Source: Eledone cirrhosa (taxonomy: Eukaryota). From it: a stretch of DNA of 64,000 nucleotides. Under the pieces are notes generated by a model that was not told where the DNA came from, did no database searches, and saw only the letters and a program-made list of their open reading frames with translations. Positions 39,201 to 54,200 of the stretch are shown piece after piece. Each line of letters opens with the position of its first letter. Within the stretch, counting starts at the first letter, position 1. The DNA is taken from positions 403,992,001-404,056,000 of the forward strand of contig OZ024740.1 of assembly GCA_964016885.1 (NCBI GenBank). The letters run 5' to 3'. The position numbers and the translations under genes are program-made.

Positions 39201-42200
39201 ACAGCACTAACAGCAGAAGCTTTACCATCACCAACAACAACAGCACTAACAGCAGAAGCTTTACCATCAACAACAACAACAGCACTAACAGCAGAAGCTT
39301 TACCATCACAAACAACAACAGCACTAACAGCAGAATCTTTACCAACCACAACAACAGCACTAACAGCAGAAGCTTTACCATCACCAACAACAACAGCACT
39401 AACAGCAGAAGCTTTACCATCACCAACAACAACAGCACTAACAGCAGAAGCTTTACCATCAACAACAACAACAGCACTAACAGCAGAAGCTTTACCATCA
39501 CCAACAACAACAGCACTAACAGCAGAAGCTTTACCATCAACAACAACAACAGCACTAACAGCAGAAGCTTTACCATCACCAACAACAACAGCACTAACAG
39601 CAGAAGCTTTACCATCACCAACAACAACAGCACTAACAGCAGAAGCTTTACCATCACCAACAACAACAGCACTAACAGCAGAAGCTTTACCATCACCAAC
39701 AACAACAGCACTAACAGCAGAAGCTTTACCATCAACAACAACAACAGCACTAACAGCAGAAGCTTTACCATCACCAACAACAACAGCACTAACAGCAGAA
39801 GCATTACCATCAACAACAACAACAGCACTAACAGCAGAAGCTTTACCATGAACAACAACAACAGCACCAACAGCAGAAGCTTTACCATCAACAACAACAA
39901 CAGCACCAACAGCAGAAGCTTTACCATCACCATCAACAACAGCACTAACAGCAGAAGCTTTACCATCAACAACAACAACAGCACTAACAGCAGAAGCTTT
40001 ACCATCAACAACAACAACAGCACTAACAGCAGAAGCTTTACCATCACCAACAACAACAGCACTAACAGCAGAAGCTTTACCATCACCAACAACAACAGCA
40101 CTAACAGCAGAAGCTTTACCATCACCAACAACAACAGCACTAACAGCAGAAGCTTTACCATCACCAACAACAACAGCACTAACAGCAGAAGCTTTACCAT
40201 CAACAACAACAACAGCACTAACAGCAGAAGCTTTACCACCAACAACAACAGCACTAACAGCAGAGGCTTTACTATCAACAACAACAACAGCACTAACAGC
40301 AGAAGCTTTACCATCAAAAACAACAACAGCACTAACAGCAGAAGCTTTACCATCAACAACAACAACAGCACTAACAGCAGAAACTTTACCATCAACAACA
40401 ACAACAGCACTAACAGCAGAAGCTTTACTACCAACAACAACAGCACTAACAGCAGAGGCTTTACCATCAACAACAACAACAGCACTAACAGCAGCAGCTT
40501 TACCATCAACAACAACAACAGCACTAACAGCAGAAGCTTTGCCATCAACAACAACAACAGCACTAACAGCAGAGGCTTTACCATCACCAACAACAACAGC
40601 ACTAACAGCAGAAGCTTTACCACCAACAACAACAGCACTAACAGCAGAGGCTTTACCATCAACAACAACAACAGCACTAACAGCAGAAGCTTTACCATCA
40701 CCAACAACAACAGCACTAACAGCAGAAGCTTTACCATCACCAACAACAACAGCACTAACAGCAGAAGCTTTACCATCACCAACAACAACAGCACTAACAG
40801 CAGAGGCTTTACCATCACCAACAACAACAGCACTAACAGCAGAAGCTTTACCACCAACAACAACAGCACTAACAGCAGAGGCTTTACCATCAACAACAAC
40901 AACAGCACTAACAGCAGAAGCTTTACCATCAACATCAACAACAGCACTAACAGCAGAGGCTTTACCATCAACAACAACAACAACAGCACAAACAGCAGAA
41001 GCTTTACCATCAACAACAACAACAGCACTAACAGCAAAAGCTTTTCCACCAACAACAACAGTACTAACAGCAGAAGCTTTACCATCACCAACAACAATAG
41101 CACTAACAGCAGAAGCTTTACCATCAACAACAACAACAGCACTAACAGCAGAAGCTTTACCATCACCAACAACAACAGCACTAACAGCAGAAGCTTTACC
41201 ATCAACAACAACAACAGCACTAACAGCAGAAGCTTTACCATCACCAACAACAACAGCACTAACAGCAGAAGCTTTACCATCACCAACAACAACAGCACTA
41301 ACAGCAGAAGCTTTACCATCACCAACAACAACAGCACTAACAGCAGAAGCTTTACCATCACCAACAACAACAGCACTAACAGCAGAAGCTTTACCATCAA
41401 CAACAACAACAGCACTAACAGCAGAACTTTACCATCACCAACAACAACAGCACTAACAGCAGAAGCTTTACCATCACCAACAACAACAGCACTAACAGCA
41501 GAAGCTTTACCATCACCAACAACAACAGCACTAACAGCAGAAGCTTTACCATCAACAACAACAACAGCACTAACAGCAGAAGCTTTACCATCACCAACAA
41601 CAACAGCACTAACAGCAGAATCTTTACCAACCACAACAACAGCACTAACAGCAGAAGCTTTACCATCACCAACAACAACAGCACTAACAGCAGAAGCTTT
41701 ACCATCACCAACAACAACAGCACTAACAGCAGAAGCTTTACCATCAACAACAACAACAGCACTAACAGCAGAAGCTTTACCATCACCAACAACAACAGCA
41801 CTAACAGCAGAAGCTTTACCATCAACAACAACAACAGCACTAACAGCAGAAGCTTTACCATCACCAACAACAACAGCACTAACAGCAGAAGCTTTACCAT
41901 CACCAACAACAACAGCACTAACAGCAGAAGCTTTACCATCACCAACAACAACAGCACTAACAGCAGAAGCTTTACCATCACCAACAACAACAGCACTAAC
42001 AGCAGAAGCTTTACCATCAACAACAACAACAGCACTAACAGCAGAAGCTTTACCATCACCAACAACAACAGCACTAACAGCAGAAGCATTACCATCAACA
42101 ACAACAACAGCACTAACAGCAGAAGCTTTACCATGAACAACAACAACAGCACCAACAGCAGAAGCTTTACCATCAACAACAACAACAGCACCAACAGCAG

Positions 42201-45200
42201 AAGCTTTACCATCACCATCAACAACAGCACTAACAGCAGAAGCTTTACCATCAACAACAACAACAGCACTAACAGCAGAAGCTTTACCATCAACAACAAC
42301 AACAGCACTAACAGCAGAAGCTTTACCATCACCAACAACAACAGCACTAACAGCAGAAGCTTTACCATCACCAACAACAACAGCACTAACAGCAGAAGCT
42401 TTACCATCACCAACAACAACAGCACTAACAGCAGAAGCTTTACCATCACCAACAACAACAGCACTAACAGCAGAAGCTTTACCATCAACAACAACAACAG
42501 CACTAACAGCAGAAGCTTTACCATCAACAACAACAACAGCGCTAACAGCAGAAGCTTTACCATCACCAACAACAACAGCACTAACAGCAGATGCTTTACC
42601 ATCACCAACAACAACAGCACCAACAGCAGAAGCTTTACCATCAACAACAACAACAGCACTAACAGCAGAAGCTTTACCATCACCAACAACAACAACAGCA
42701 CCAACAGCAGAAGCTTTACCATCAACAACAACAACAGCACTAACAGCAGAAGCTTTACCATCAACAACAACAACAGCACTAACAGCAGAGGCTTTACCAT
42801 CAACAACAACAACAGCACTAACAGCAGAGGCTTTACCATCAACAACAACAACAGCACTAACAGCAGAAGCTTTACCATCAACAACAACAACAGCACTAAC
42901 AGCAGAGGCTTTACCATCAACAACAACAACAGCACTAACAGCAGAGGCTTTACCATCAACAACAACAACAGCACTAACAGCAGAAGCTTTACCATCAACA
43001 ACGACAACAGCACTAACAGCAGAATCTTTACCATCAACAACAACAACAGCACTAACAGCAGAAGCTTTACCATCAACAACAACAACAGCACTAACAGCAG
43101 AAGCTTTACCATCAACAACAACAACAGCACTAACAGCAGAGGCTTTACCATCAACAACAACAACAGCACTAACAGCAGAGGCTTTACCATCAACAACAAC
43201 AACAGCACTAACAGCAGAACTTTACCATCAACAACAACAACAGCACTAACAGCAGAGGCTTTACCATCAACAACAACAACAGCACTAACAGCAGAGGCTT
43301 TACCATCAACAACAACAACAGCACTAACAGCAGAAGCTTTACCATCAACAACAACAACAGCACTAACAGCAGAGGCTTTACCATCAACAACAACAACAGC
43401 ACTAACAGCAGAAGCTTTACCATCAACAACAACAACAGCACTAACAGCAGAGGCTTTACCATCACCAACAACAACATTACTAACAGCAGAAGCTTTACCA
43501 TCACCAACAACAACAGCACTAACAGCAGAGGCTTTACCATCAACAACAACAACAACACTAACAGCAGAAGCTTTACCATCACCAACAACAACAGCACTAA
43601 CAGCAGAAGCTTTACCATCAACAACAACAACAGCACTAACAGCAGAAGCTTTACCATCACCAACAACAACAGCACTAACAGCAGAAGCTTTACCATCAAC
43701 AACAACAACAGCACTAACAGCAGAAGCTTTACCATCACCAACAACAACAGCACTAACAGCAGAAGCTTTACCATCAACAACAACAACAGCACTAACAGCA
43801 GAAGCTTTACCATCACCAACAACAACAGCACTAACAGCAGAACTTTACCATCAACAACAACAACAGCACTAACAGCAGAACTTTACCATCAACAACAACA
43901 ACAGCACTAACAGCAGAAGCTTTACCATCAACAACAACAACAGCACTAACAGCAGAGTATTTACCATCACCAACAACAACAGCACTAACAGCAGAACTTT
44001 ACCATCAACAACAACAACAGCACTAACAGCAGAACTTTACCATCAACAACAACAACAGTACTAACAGCAGAACTTTACCATCACCAACAACAACAGCACT
44101 AACAGCAGAACTTTACCATCAACAACAACAACAGCACTAACAGCAGAAGCTTTACCATCACCAACAACAACAGGACTAACAGCAGAAGCTTTACCATCAC
44201 CAACAACAACAGCACTAACAGCAGAAGCTTTACCATCACCAACAACAACAGCACTAACAGCAGAAGCTTTACCATCAACAACAACAACAGCACTAACAGC
44301 AGAACTTTACCATCAACAACAGCACTAACAGCAGAAGCTTTACCATCACCAACAACAACAGCACTAACAGCAGAAGCTTTACCATCATCAACAACAACAG
44401 CACTAACAGCAGAAGCTTTACTATCAACAACAACAACAGCACTAACAGCAGAACTTTACCATCACCAACAACAACAGCACTAACATCAGAAGCTTTACCA
44501 TCACCAACAACAACAGCACTAACAGCAGAAGCTTTACCATCACCAACAACAACAGCACTTACAGCAGAAGCTTTACCATCAACAACAACAACAGCACTAA
44601 CAGCAGAAGCTTTACCATCACCAACAACAACAGCACTAACAGCAGAAGCTTTACCATCAACAACAACAACAGCACTAACAGCAGAAGCTTTACCATCACC
44701 AACAACAACAGCACTAACAGCAGAAGCTTTACCATCAACAACAACAACAGCACTAACAGCAGAAGCTTTACCATCACCAACAACAACAGCACTAACAGCA
44801 GAAGCTTTACCATCAACAACAACAGCACTAACAGCAGAAGCTTTACCATCACCAACAACAACAGCACTAACAGCAGAAGCTTTACCATCACCAACAACAA
44901 CAGCACTAACAGCAGAAGCTTTACCATCAACAACAACAACAGCACTAACAGCAGAAGCTTTACCATCACCAACAACAACAGCACTAACAGCAGAAGCTTT
45001 ACCATCAACAACAACAACAGCACTAACAGCAGAAGCTTTACCATCACCAACAACAACAGCACTAACAGCAGAAGCTTTACCATCACCAACAACAACAGCA
45101 CTAACAGCAGAAGCTTTACCATCACCAACAACAACAGCACTAACAGCAGAAGCTTTACCATCACCAACAACAACAGCACTAACAGCAGAAGCTTTACCAT

Positions 45201-48200
45201 CACCAACAACAACAGCACTAACAGCAGAAGCTTTACCATCAACAACAACAACAGCACTAACAGCAGAAGCTTTACCATCACCAACAACAACAGCACTAAC
45301 AGCAGAAGCATTACCATCAACAACAACAACAGCACTAACAGCAGAAGCTTTACCATCAACAACAACAACAGCACCAACAGCAGAAGCTTTACCATCAACA
45401 ACAACAACAGCACCAACAGCAGAAGCTTTACCATCACCATCAACAACAGCACTAACAGCAGAAGCTTTACCATCACCAACAACAACAGCACTAACAGCAG
45501 AAGCTTTACCATCAACAACAACAGCACTAACAGCAGAAGCTTTACCATCAACAACAACAACAGCACTAACAGCAGAAGCTTTACCATCACCAACAACAAC
45601 AGCACTAACAGCAGAAGCTTTACCATCACCAACAACAACAGCACTAACAGCAGAAGCTTTACCATCACCAACAACAACAGCACTAACAGCAGAAGCTTTA
45701 CCATCAACAACAACAACAGCACTAACAGCAGAAGCTTTACCATCACCAACAACAACAGCACTAACAGCAGAAGCTTTACCATCAACAACAACAACAGCAC
45801 TAACAGCAGAAGCTTTACCATCAACAACAACAACAGCACCAACAGCAGAAGCTTTACCATCACCAACAACAACAGCACCAACAGCAGAAGCTTTACCATC
45901 ACCATCAACAACAGCACTAAGAGCAGAAGCTTTACCATCATCAACAACAACAGCACTAACAGCAGAAGCTTTACCATCAACAACAACAACAGCACTAACA
46001 GCAGAAGCTTTACCATCACCAACAACAACAGCACTAACAGCAGAAGCTTTACCATCAACAACAACAACAGCACTAACAGCAGAAGCTTTACCATCAACAA
46101 CAACAACAGCACTAACAGCAGAAGCTTTACCATCACCAACAACAACAGCACTAACAGCAGATGCTTTACCATCACCAACAACAACAGCACCAACAGCAGA
46201 AGCTTTACCATCAACAACAACAACAGCACTAACAGCAGAAGCTTTACCATCACCAACAACAACAACAGCACCAACAGCAGAAGCTTTACCATCAACAACA
46301 ACAACAGCACTAACAGCAGAAGCTTTACCATCAACAACAACAACAGCACTAACAGCAGAGGCTTTACCATCAACAACAACAACAGCACTAACAGCAGAGG
46401 CTTTACCATCAACAACAACAACAGCACTAACAGCAGAAGCTTTACCATCAACAACAACAACAGCACTAACAGCAGAGGCTTTACCATCAACAACAACAAC
46501 AGCACTAACAGCAGAGGCTTTACCATCAACAACAACAACAGCACTAACAGCAGAAGCTTTACCATCAACAACGACAACAGCACTAACAGCAGAATCTTTA
46601 CCATCAACAACAACAACAGCACTAACAGCAGAAGCTTTACCATCAACAACAACAACAGCACTAACAGCAGAAGCTTTACCATCAACAACAACAACAGCAC
46701 TAACAGCAGACGCTTTACCATCAACAACAACAACAGCACTAACAGCAGAGGCTTTACCATCAACAACAACAACAGCACTAACAGCAGAACTTTACCATCA
46801 ACAACAACAACAGCACTAACAGCAGAGGCTTTACCATCAACAACAACAACAGCACTAACAGCAGAGGCTTTACCATCAACAACAACAACAGCACTAACAG
46901 CAGAAGCTTTACCATCAACAACAACAACAGCACTAACAGCAGAAGCTTTACCATCACCAACAACAACAGCACTAACAGCAGAAGCTTTACCATCAACAAC
47001 AACAACAGCACTAACAGCAGAAGCTTTACCATCACCAACAACAACAGCACTAACAGCAGAAGCTTTACCATCAACAACAACAGCACTAACAGCAGAAGCT
47101 TTACCATCAACAACAACAACAGCACTAACAGCAGAAGCTTTACCATCACCAACAACAACAGCACTAACAGCAGAAGCTTTACCATCAACAACAACAGCAC
47201 TAACAGCAGAAGCTTTACCATCACCAACAACAACAGCACTAACAGCAGAAGCTTTACCATCACCAACAACAACAGCACTAACAGCAGAAGCTTTACCATC
47301 AACAACAACAACAGCACTAACAGCAGAAGCTTTACCATCACCAACAACAACAGCACTAACAGCAGAAGCTTTACCATCACCAACAACAACAGCACTGACA
47401 GCAGAAGCTTTACCATCACCAACAACAACAGCACTAACAGCAGAAGCTTTACCATCAACAACAACAACAGCACTAACAGCAGAAGCTTTACCATCACCAA
47501 CAACAACAGCACTAACAGCAGAAGCATTACCATCAACAACAACAACAGCACTAACAGCAGAAGCTTTACCATCAACAACAACAACAGCACCAACAGCAGA
47601 AGCTTTACCATCAACAACAACAACAGCACCAACAGCAGAAGCTTTACCATCACCATCAACAACAGCACTAACAGCAGAAGCTTTACCATCACCAACAACA
47701 ACAGCACTAACAGCAGAAGCTTTACCATCAACAACAACAACAGCACTAACAGCAGAAGCTTTACCATCAACAACAACAACAGCACTAACAGCAGAAGCTT
47801 TACCATCACCAACAACAACAGCACTAACAGCAGAAGCTTTACCATCACCAACAACAACAGCACTAACAGCAGAAGCTTTACCATCACCAACAACAACAGC
47901 ACTAACAGCAGAAGCTTTACCATCAACAACAACAACAGCACTAACAGCAGAAGCTTTACCATCACCAACAACAACAGCACTAACAGCAGAAGCTTTACCA
48001 TCAACAACAACAACAGCACTAACAGCAGAAGCTTTACCATCAACAACAACAACAGCACCAACAGCAGAAGCTTTACCATCACCAACAACAACAGCACCAA
48101 CAGCAGAAGCTTTACCATCACCATCAACAACAGCACTAAGAGCAGAAGCTTTACCATCATCAACAACAACAGCACTAACAGCAGAAGCTTTACCATCAAC

Positions 48201-51200
48201 AACAACAACAGCACTAACAGCAGAAGCTTTACCATCACCAACAACAACAGCACTAACAGCAGAAGCTTTACCATCAACAACAACAACAGCACTAACAGCA
48301 GAAGCTTTACCATCAACAACAACAACAGCACTAACAGCAGAAGCTTCACCATCACCAACAACAACAGCACTAACAGCAGATGCTTTACCATCACCAACAA
48401 CAACAGCACCAACAGCAGAAGCTTTACCATCAACAACAACAACACCACTAACAGCAGAAGCTTTACCATCACCAACAACAACAACAGCACCAACAGCAGA
48501 AGCTTTACCATCAACAACAACAACAGCACTAACAGCAGAAGCTTTACCATCAACAACAACAACAGCACTAACAGCAGAGGCTTTACCATCAACAACAACA
48601 ACAGCACTAACAGCAGAGGCTTTACCATCAACAACAACAACAGCACTAACAGCAGAAGCTTTACCATCAACAACAACAACAGCACTAACAGCAGAGGCTT
48701 TACCATCAACAACAACAACAGCACTAACAGCAGAGGCTTTACCATCAACAACAACAACAGCACTAACAGCAGAAGCTTTACCATCAACAACGACAACAGC
48801 ACTAACAGCAGAATCTTTACCATCAACAACAACAACAGCACTAACAGCAGAAGCTTTACCATCAACAACAACAACAGCACTAACAGCAGAAGCTTTACCA
48901 TCAACAACAACAACAGCACTAACAGCAGAGGCTTTACCATCAACAACAACAACAGCACTAACAGCAGAGGCTTTACCATCAACAACAACAACAGCACTAA
49001 CAGCAGAACTTTACCATCAACAACAACAACAGCACTAACAGCAGAGGCTTTACCATCAACAACAACAACAGCACTAACAGCAGAGGCTTTACCATCAACA
49101 ACAACAACAGCACTAACAGCAGAAGCTTTACCATCAACAACAACAACAGCACTAACAGCAGAGGCTTTACCATCAACAACAACAACAGCACTAACAGCAG
49201 AAGCTTTACCATCAACAACAACAACAACAGCACTAACAGCAGAGGCTTTACCATCAACAACAACAACAACACTAACAGCAGAAGCTTTACCATCACCAAC
49301 AACAACAGCACTAACAGCAAAAGCTTTACCATCAACAACAACAACAGCACTAACAGCAGAAGCTTTACCATCACCAACAACAACAGCACTAACAGCAGAA
49401 GCTTTACCATCAACAACAACAACAGCACTAACAGCAGAAGCTTTACCATCACCAACAACAACAGCACTAACAGCAGAAGCTTTACCATCAACAACAACAA
49501 CAGCACTAACAGCAGAAGCTTTACCATCACCAACAACAACAGCACTAACAGCAGAACTTTACCATCAACAACAACAACAGCACTAACAGCAGAAGCTTTA
49601 CCATCAACAACAACAACAGCACTAACAGCAGAGGATTTACCATCACCAACAACAACAGCACTAACAGCAGAGGCTTTACCATCAACAACAACAACAGCAC
49701 TAACAGCAGAACTTTATCATCAACAACAACAACAGCACTAACAGCAGAACTTTACCATCAACAACAACAACAGCACTAACAGCAGAGGCTTTACCATCAA
49801 CAACAACAACAGCACTAACAGCAGAAGCTTTACCATCAACAACAACAACAGCACTAACAGCAGAGGCTTTACCATCAACAACAACAACAGCACTAACAGC
49901 AGAAGCTTTACCATCAACAACAACAACAACAGCACTAACAGCAGAGGCTTTACCATCAACAACAACAACAGCACTAACAGCAGAACTTTACCATCAACAA
50001 CAACAACCGCACTAACAGCAGAGGCTTTACCATCAACAACAACAACAGCACTAACAGCAGAGGCTTTACCATCAACAACAACAACAGCACTAACAGCAGA
50101 AGCTTTGCCATCAACAACAACAACAGCACTAACAGCAGAAGCTTTACTATCAACAACAACAACAGCACTAACAGCAGAGGCTTTACCATCACCAACAACA
50201 ACATTACTAACAGTAGAAGCTTTAACATCACCAATAACAACAGCACTAACAGCAGAGGCTTTACCATCAACAACAACAACAACACTAACAGCAGAAGCTT
50301 TACCATCACCAACAACAACAGCACTAACAGCAAAAGCTTTACCATCAACAACAACAACAGCACTAACAGCAGAAGCTTTACCATCACCAACAACAACAGC
50401 ACTAACAGCAGAAGCTTTACCATCAACAACAACAACAGCACTAACAGCAGAAGCTTTACCATCACCAACAACAACAGCACTAACAGCAGAAGCTTTACCA
50501 TCAACAACAACAACAGCACTAACAGCAGAAGCTTTACCATCACCAACAACAACAGCACTAACAGCAGAACTTTACCATCAACAACAACAACAGCACTAAC
50601 AGCAGAAGCTTTACCATCAACAACAACAACAGCACTAACAGCAGAGGATTTACCATCACCAACAACAACAGCACTAACAGCAGAACTTTATCATCAACAA
50701 CAACAACAGCACTAACAGCAGAACTTTACCATCAACAACAACAACAGCACTAACAGCAGAAGCTTTACCATCAACAACAACAACAGCACTAACAGCAGAG
50801 GATTTACCATCACCAACAACAACAGCACTAACAGCAGAACTTTATCATCAACAACAACAACAGCACTAACAGCAGAACTTTACCATCAACCAGAACAACA
50901 GCACTAACAGCAGAGGCTTTACCATCAACAACAACAACAGCACTAACAGCAGAGGCTTTACCATCAACAACAACAACAGCACTAACAGCAGAAGCTTTAC
51001 CATCAACAACAACAACAGCACTAGCAGCAGAGGCTTTACCATCAACAACAACAACAGCACTAACAGCAGAGGCTTTACCATCAACAACAACAACAGCACT
51101 AACAGCAGAACTTTACCATCAACAACAACAACAGCACTAACAGCAGAGGCTTTACCATCAACAACAACAACAGCACTAACAGCAGAGGCTTTACCATCAA

Positions 51201-54200
51201 CAACAACAACAGCACTAACAGCAGAAGCTTTACCATCAACAACAACAACAGCACTAACAGCAGAGGCTTTACCATCAACAACAACAACAGCACTAACAGC
51301 AGAAGCTTTACCATCAACAACAACAACAACAGCACTAACAGCAGAGGCTTTACCATCAACAACAACAACAACACTAACAGCAGAAGCTTTACCATCACCA
51401 ACAACAACAGCACTAACAGCAAAAGCTTTACCATCAACAACAACAACAGCACTAACAGCAGAAGCTTTACCATCACCAACAACAACAGCACTAACAGCAG
51501 AAGCTTTACCATCAACAACAACAACAGCACTAACAGCAGAAGCTTTACCATCACCAACAACAACAGCACTAACAGCAGAAGCTTTACCATCAACAACAAC
51601 AACAGCACTAACAGCAGAAGCTTTACCATCACCAACAACAACAGCACTAACAGCAGAACTTTACCATCAACAACAACAACAGCACTAACAGCAGAAGCTT
51701 TACCATCAACAACAACAACAGCACTAACAGCAGAGGATTTACCATCACCAACAACAACAGCACTAACAGCAGAGGCTTTACCATCAACAACAACAACAGC
51801 ACTAACAGCAGAACTTTATCATCAACAACAACAACAGCACTAACAGCAGAACTTTACCATCAACAACAACAACAGCACTAACAGCAGAGGCTTTACCATC
51901 AACAACAACAACAGCACTAACAGCAGAAGCTTTACCATCAACAACAACAACAGCACTAACAGCAGAGGCTTTACCATCAACAACAACAACAGCACTAACA
52001 GCAGAAGCTTTACCATCAACAACAACAACAACAGCACTAACAGCAGAGGCTTTACCATCAACAACAACAACAGCACTAACAGCAGAACTTTACCATCAAC
52101 AACAACAACCGCACTAACAGCAGAGGCTTTACCATCAACAACAACAACAGCACTAACAGCAGAGGCTTTACCATCAACAACAACAACAGCACTAACAGCA
52201 GAAGCTTTGCCATCAACAACAACAACAGCACTAACAGCAGAAGCTTTACTATCAACAACAACAACAGCACTAACAGCAGAGGCTTTACCATCACCAACAA
52301 CAACATTACTAACAGTAGAAGCTTTAACATCACCAATAACAACAGCACTAACAGCAGAGGCTTTACCATCAACAACAACAACAACACTAACAGCAGAAGC
52401 TTTACCATCACCAACAACAACAGCACTAACAGCAAAAGCTTTACCATCAACAACAACAACAGCACTAACAGCAGAAGCTTTACCATCACCAACAACAACA
52501 GCACTAACAGCAGAAGCTTTACCATCAACAACAACAACAGCACTAACAGCAGAAGCTTTACCATCACCAACAACAACAGCACTAACAGCAGAAGCTTTAC
52601 CATCAACAACAACAACAGCACTAACAGCAGAAGCTTTACCATCACCAACAACAACAGCACTAACAGCAGAACTTTACCATCAACAACAACAACAGCACTA
52701 ACAGCAGAAGCTTTACCATCAACAACAACAACAGCACTAACAGCAGAGGATTTACCATCACCAACAACAACAGCACTAACAGCAGAACTTTATCATCAAC
52801 AACAACAACAGCACTAACAGCAGAACTTTACCATCAACAACAACAACAGCACTAACAGCAGAAGCTTTACCATCAACAACAACAACAGCACTAACAGCAG
52901 AGGATTTACCATCACCAACAACAACAGCACTAACAGCAGAACTTTATCATCAACAACAACAACAGCACTAACAGCAGAACTTTACCATCAACCAGAACAA
53001 CAGCACTAACAGCAGAGGCTTTACCATCAACAACAACAACAGCACTAACAGCAGAGGCTTTACCATCAACAACAACAACAGCACTAACAGCAGAAGCTTT
53101 ACCATCAACAACAACAACAGCACTAGCAGCAGAGGCTTTACCATCAACAACAACAACAGCACTAACAGCAGAGGCTTTACCATCAACAACAACAACAGCA
53201 CTAACAGCAGAAGCTTTACCATCAACAACGACAACAGCACTAACAGCAGAATCTTTACCATCAACAACAACAACAGCACTAACAGCAGAAGCTTTACCAT
53301 CAACAACAACAACAGCACTAACAGCAGAAGCTTTACCATCAACAACAACAACAGCACTAACAGCAGAGGCTTTACCATCAACAACAACAACAGCACTAAC
53401 AGCAGAGGCTTTACCATCAACAACAACAACAGCACTAACAGCAGAACTTTACCATCAACAACAACAACAGCACTAACAGCAGAGGCTTTACCATCAACAA
53501 CAACAACAGCACTAACAGCAGAGGCTTTACCATCAACAACAACAACAGCACTAACAGCAGAAGCTTTACCATCAACAACAACAACAGCACTAACAGCAGA
53601 GGCTTTACCATCAACAACAACAACAGCACTAACAGCAGAGGCTTTACCATCAACAACAACAACAGCACTAACAGCAGAAGCTTTACCATCAACAACAACA
53701 ACAACAGCACTAACAGCAGAGGCTTTACCATCAACAACAACAACAGCACTAACAGCAGAACTTTACCATCAACAACAACAACAGCACTAACAGCAGAGGC
53801 TTTACCATCAACAACAACAACAGCACTAACAGCAGAGGCTTTACCATCAACAACAACAACAGCACTAACAGCAGAAGCTTTACCATCAACAACAACAACA
53901 ACACTAACAGCAGAAGCTTTACCATCACCAACAACAACAGCACTAACAGCAGAAGCTTTACCATCAACAACAACAACAGCACTAACAGCAGAAGCTTTAC
54001 CATCACCAACAACAACAGCACTAACAGCAGAAGCTTTACCATCAACAACAACAACAGCACTAACAGCAGAAGCTTTACCATCACCAACAACAACAGCACT
54101 AACAGCAGAAGCTTTACCATCAACAACAACAACAGCACTAACAGCAGAAGCTTTACCATCACCAACAACAACAGCACTAACAGCAGAAGCTTTACCATCA

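Noticed and set aside
36909-43872. 580-980 aa mucin- or glycoprotein-like + strand ORFs
   Set aside because: Their starts are sporadic point variants within monomers, and they switch repeat frame at 1-bp deletions. They are not annotated as CDS; the residual coding-origin idea is kept as a finding.
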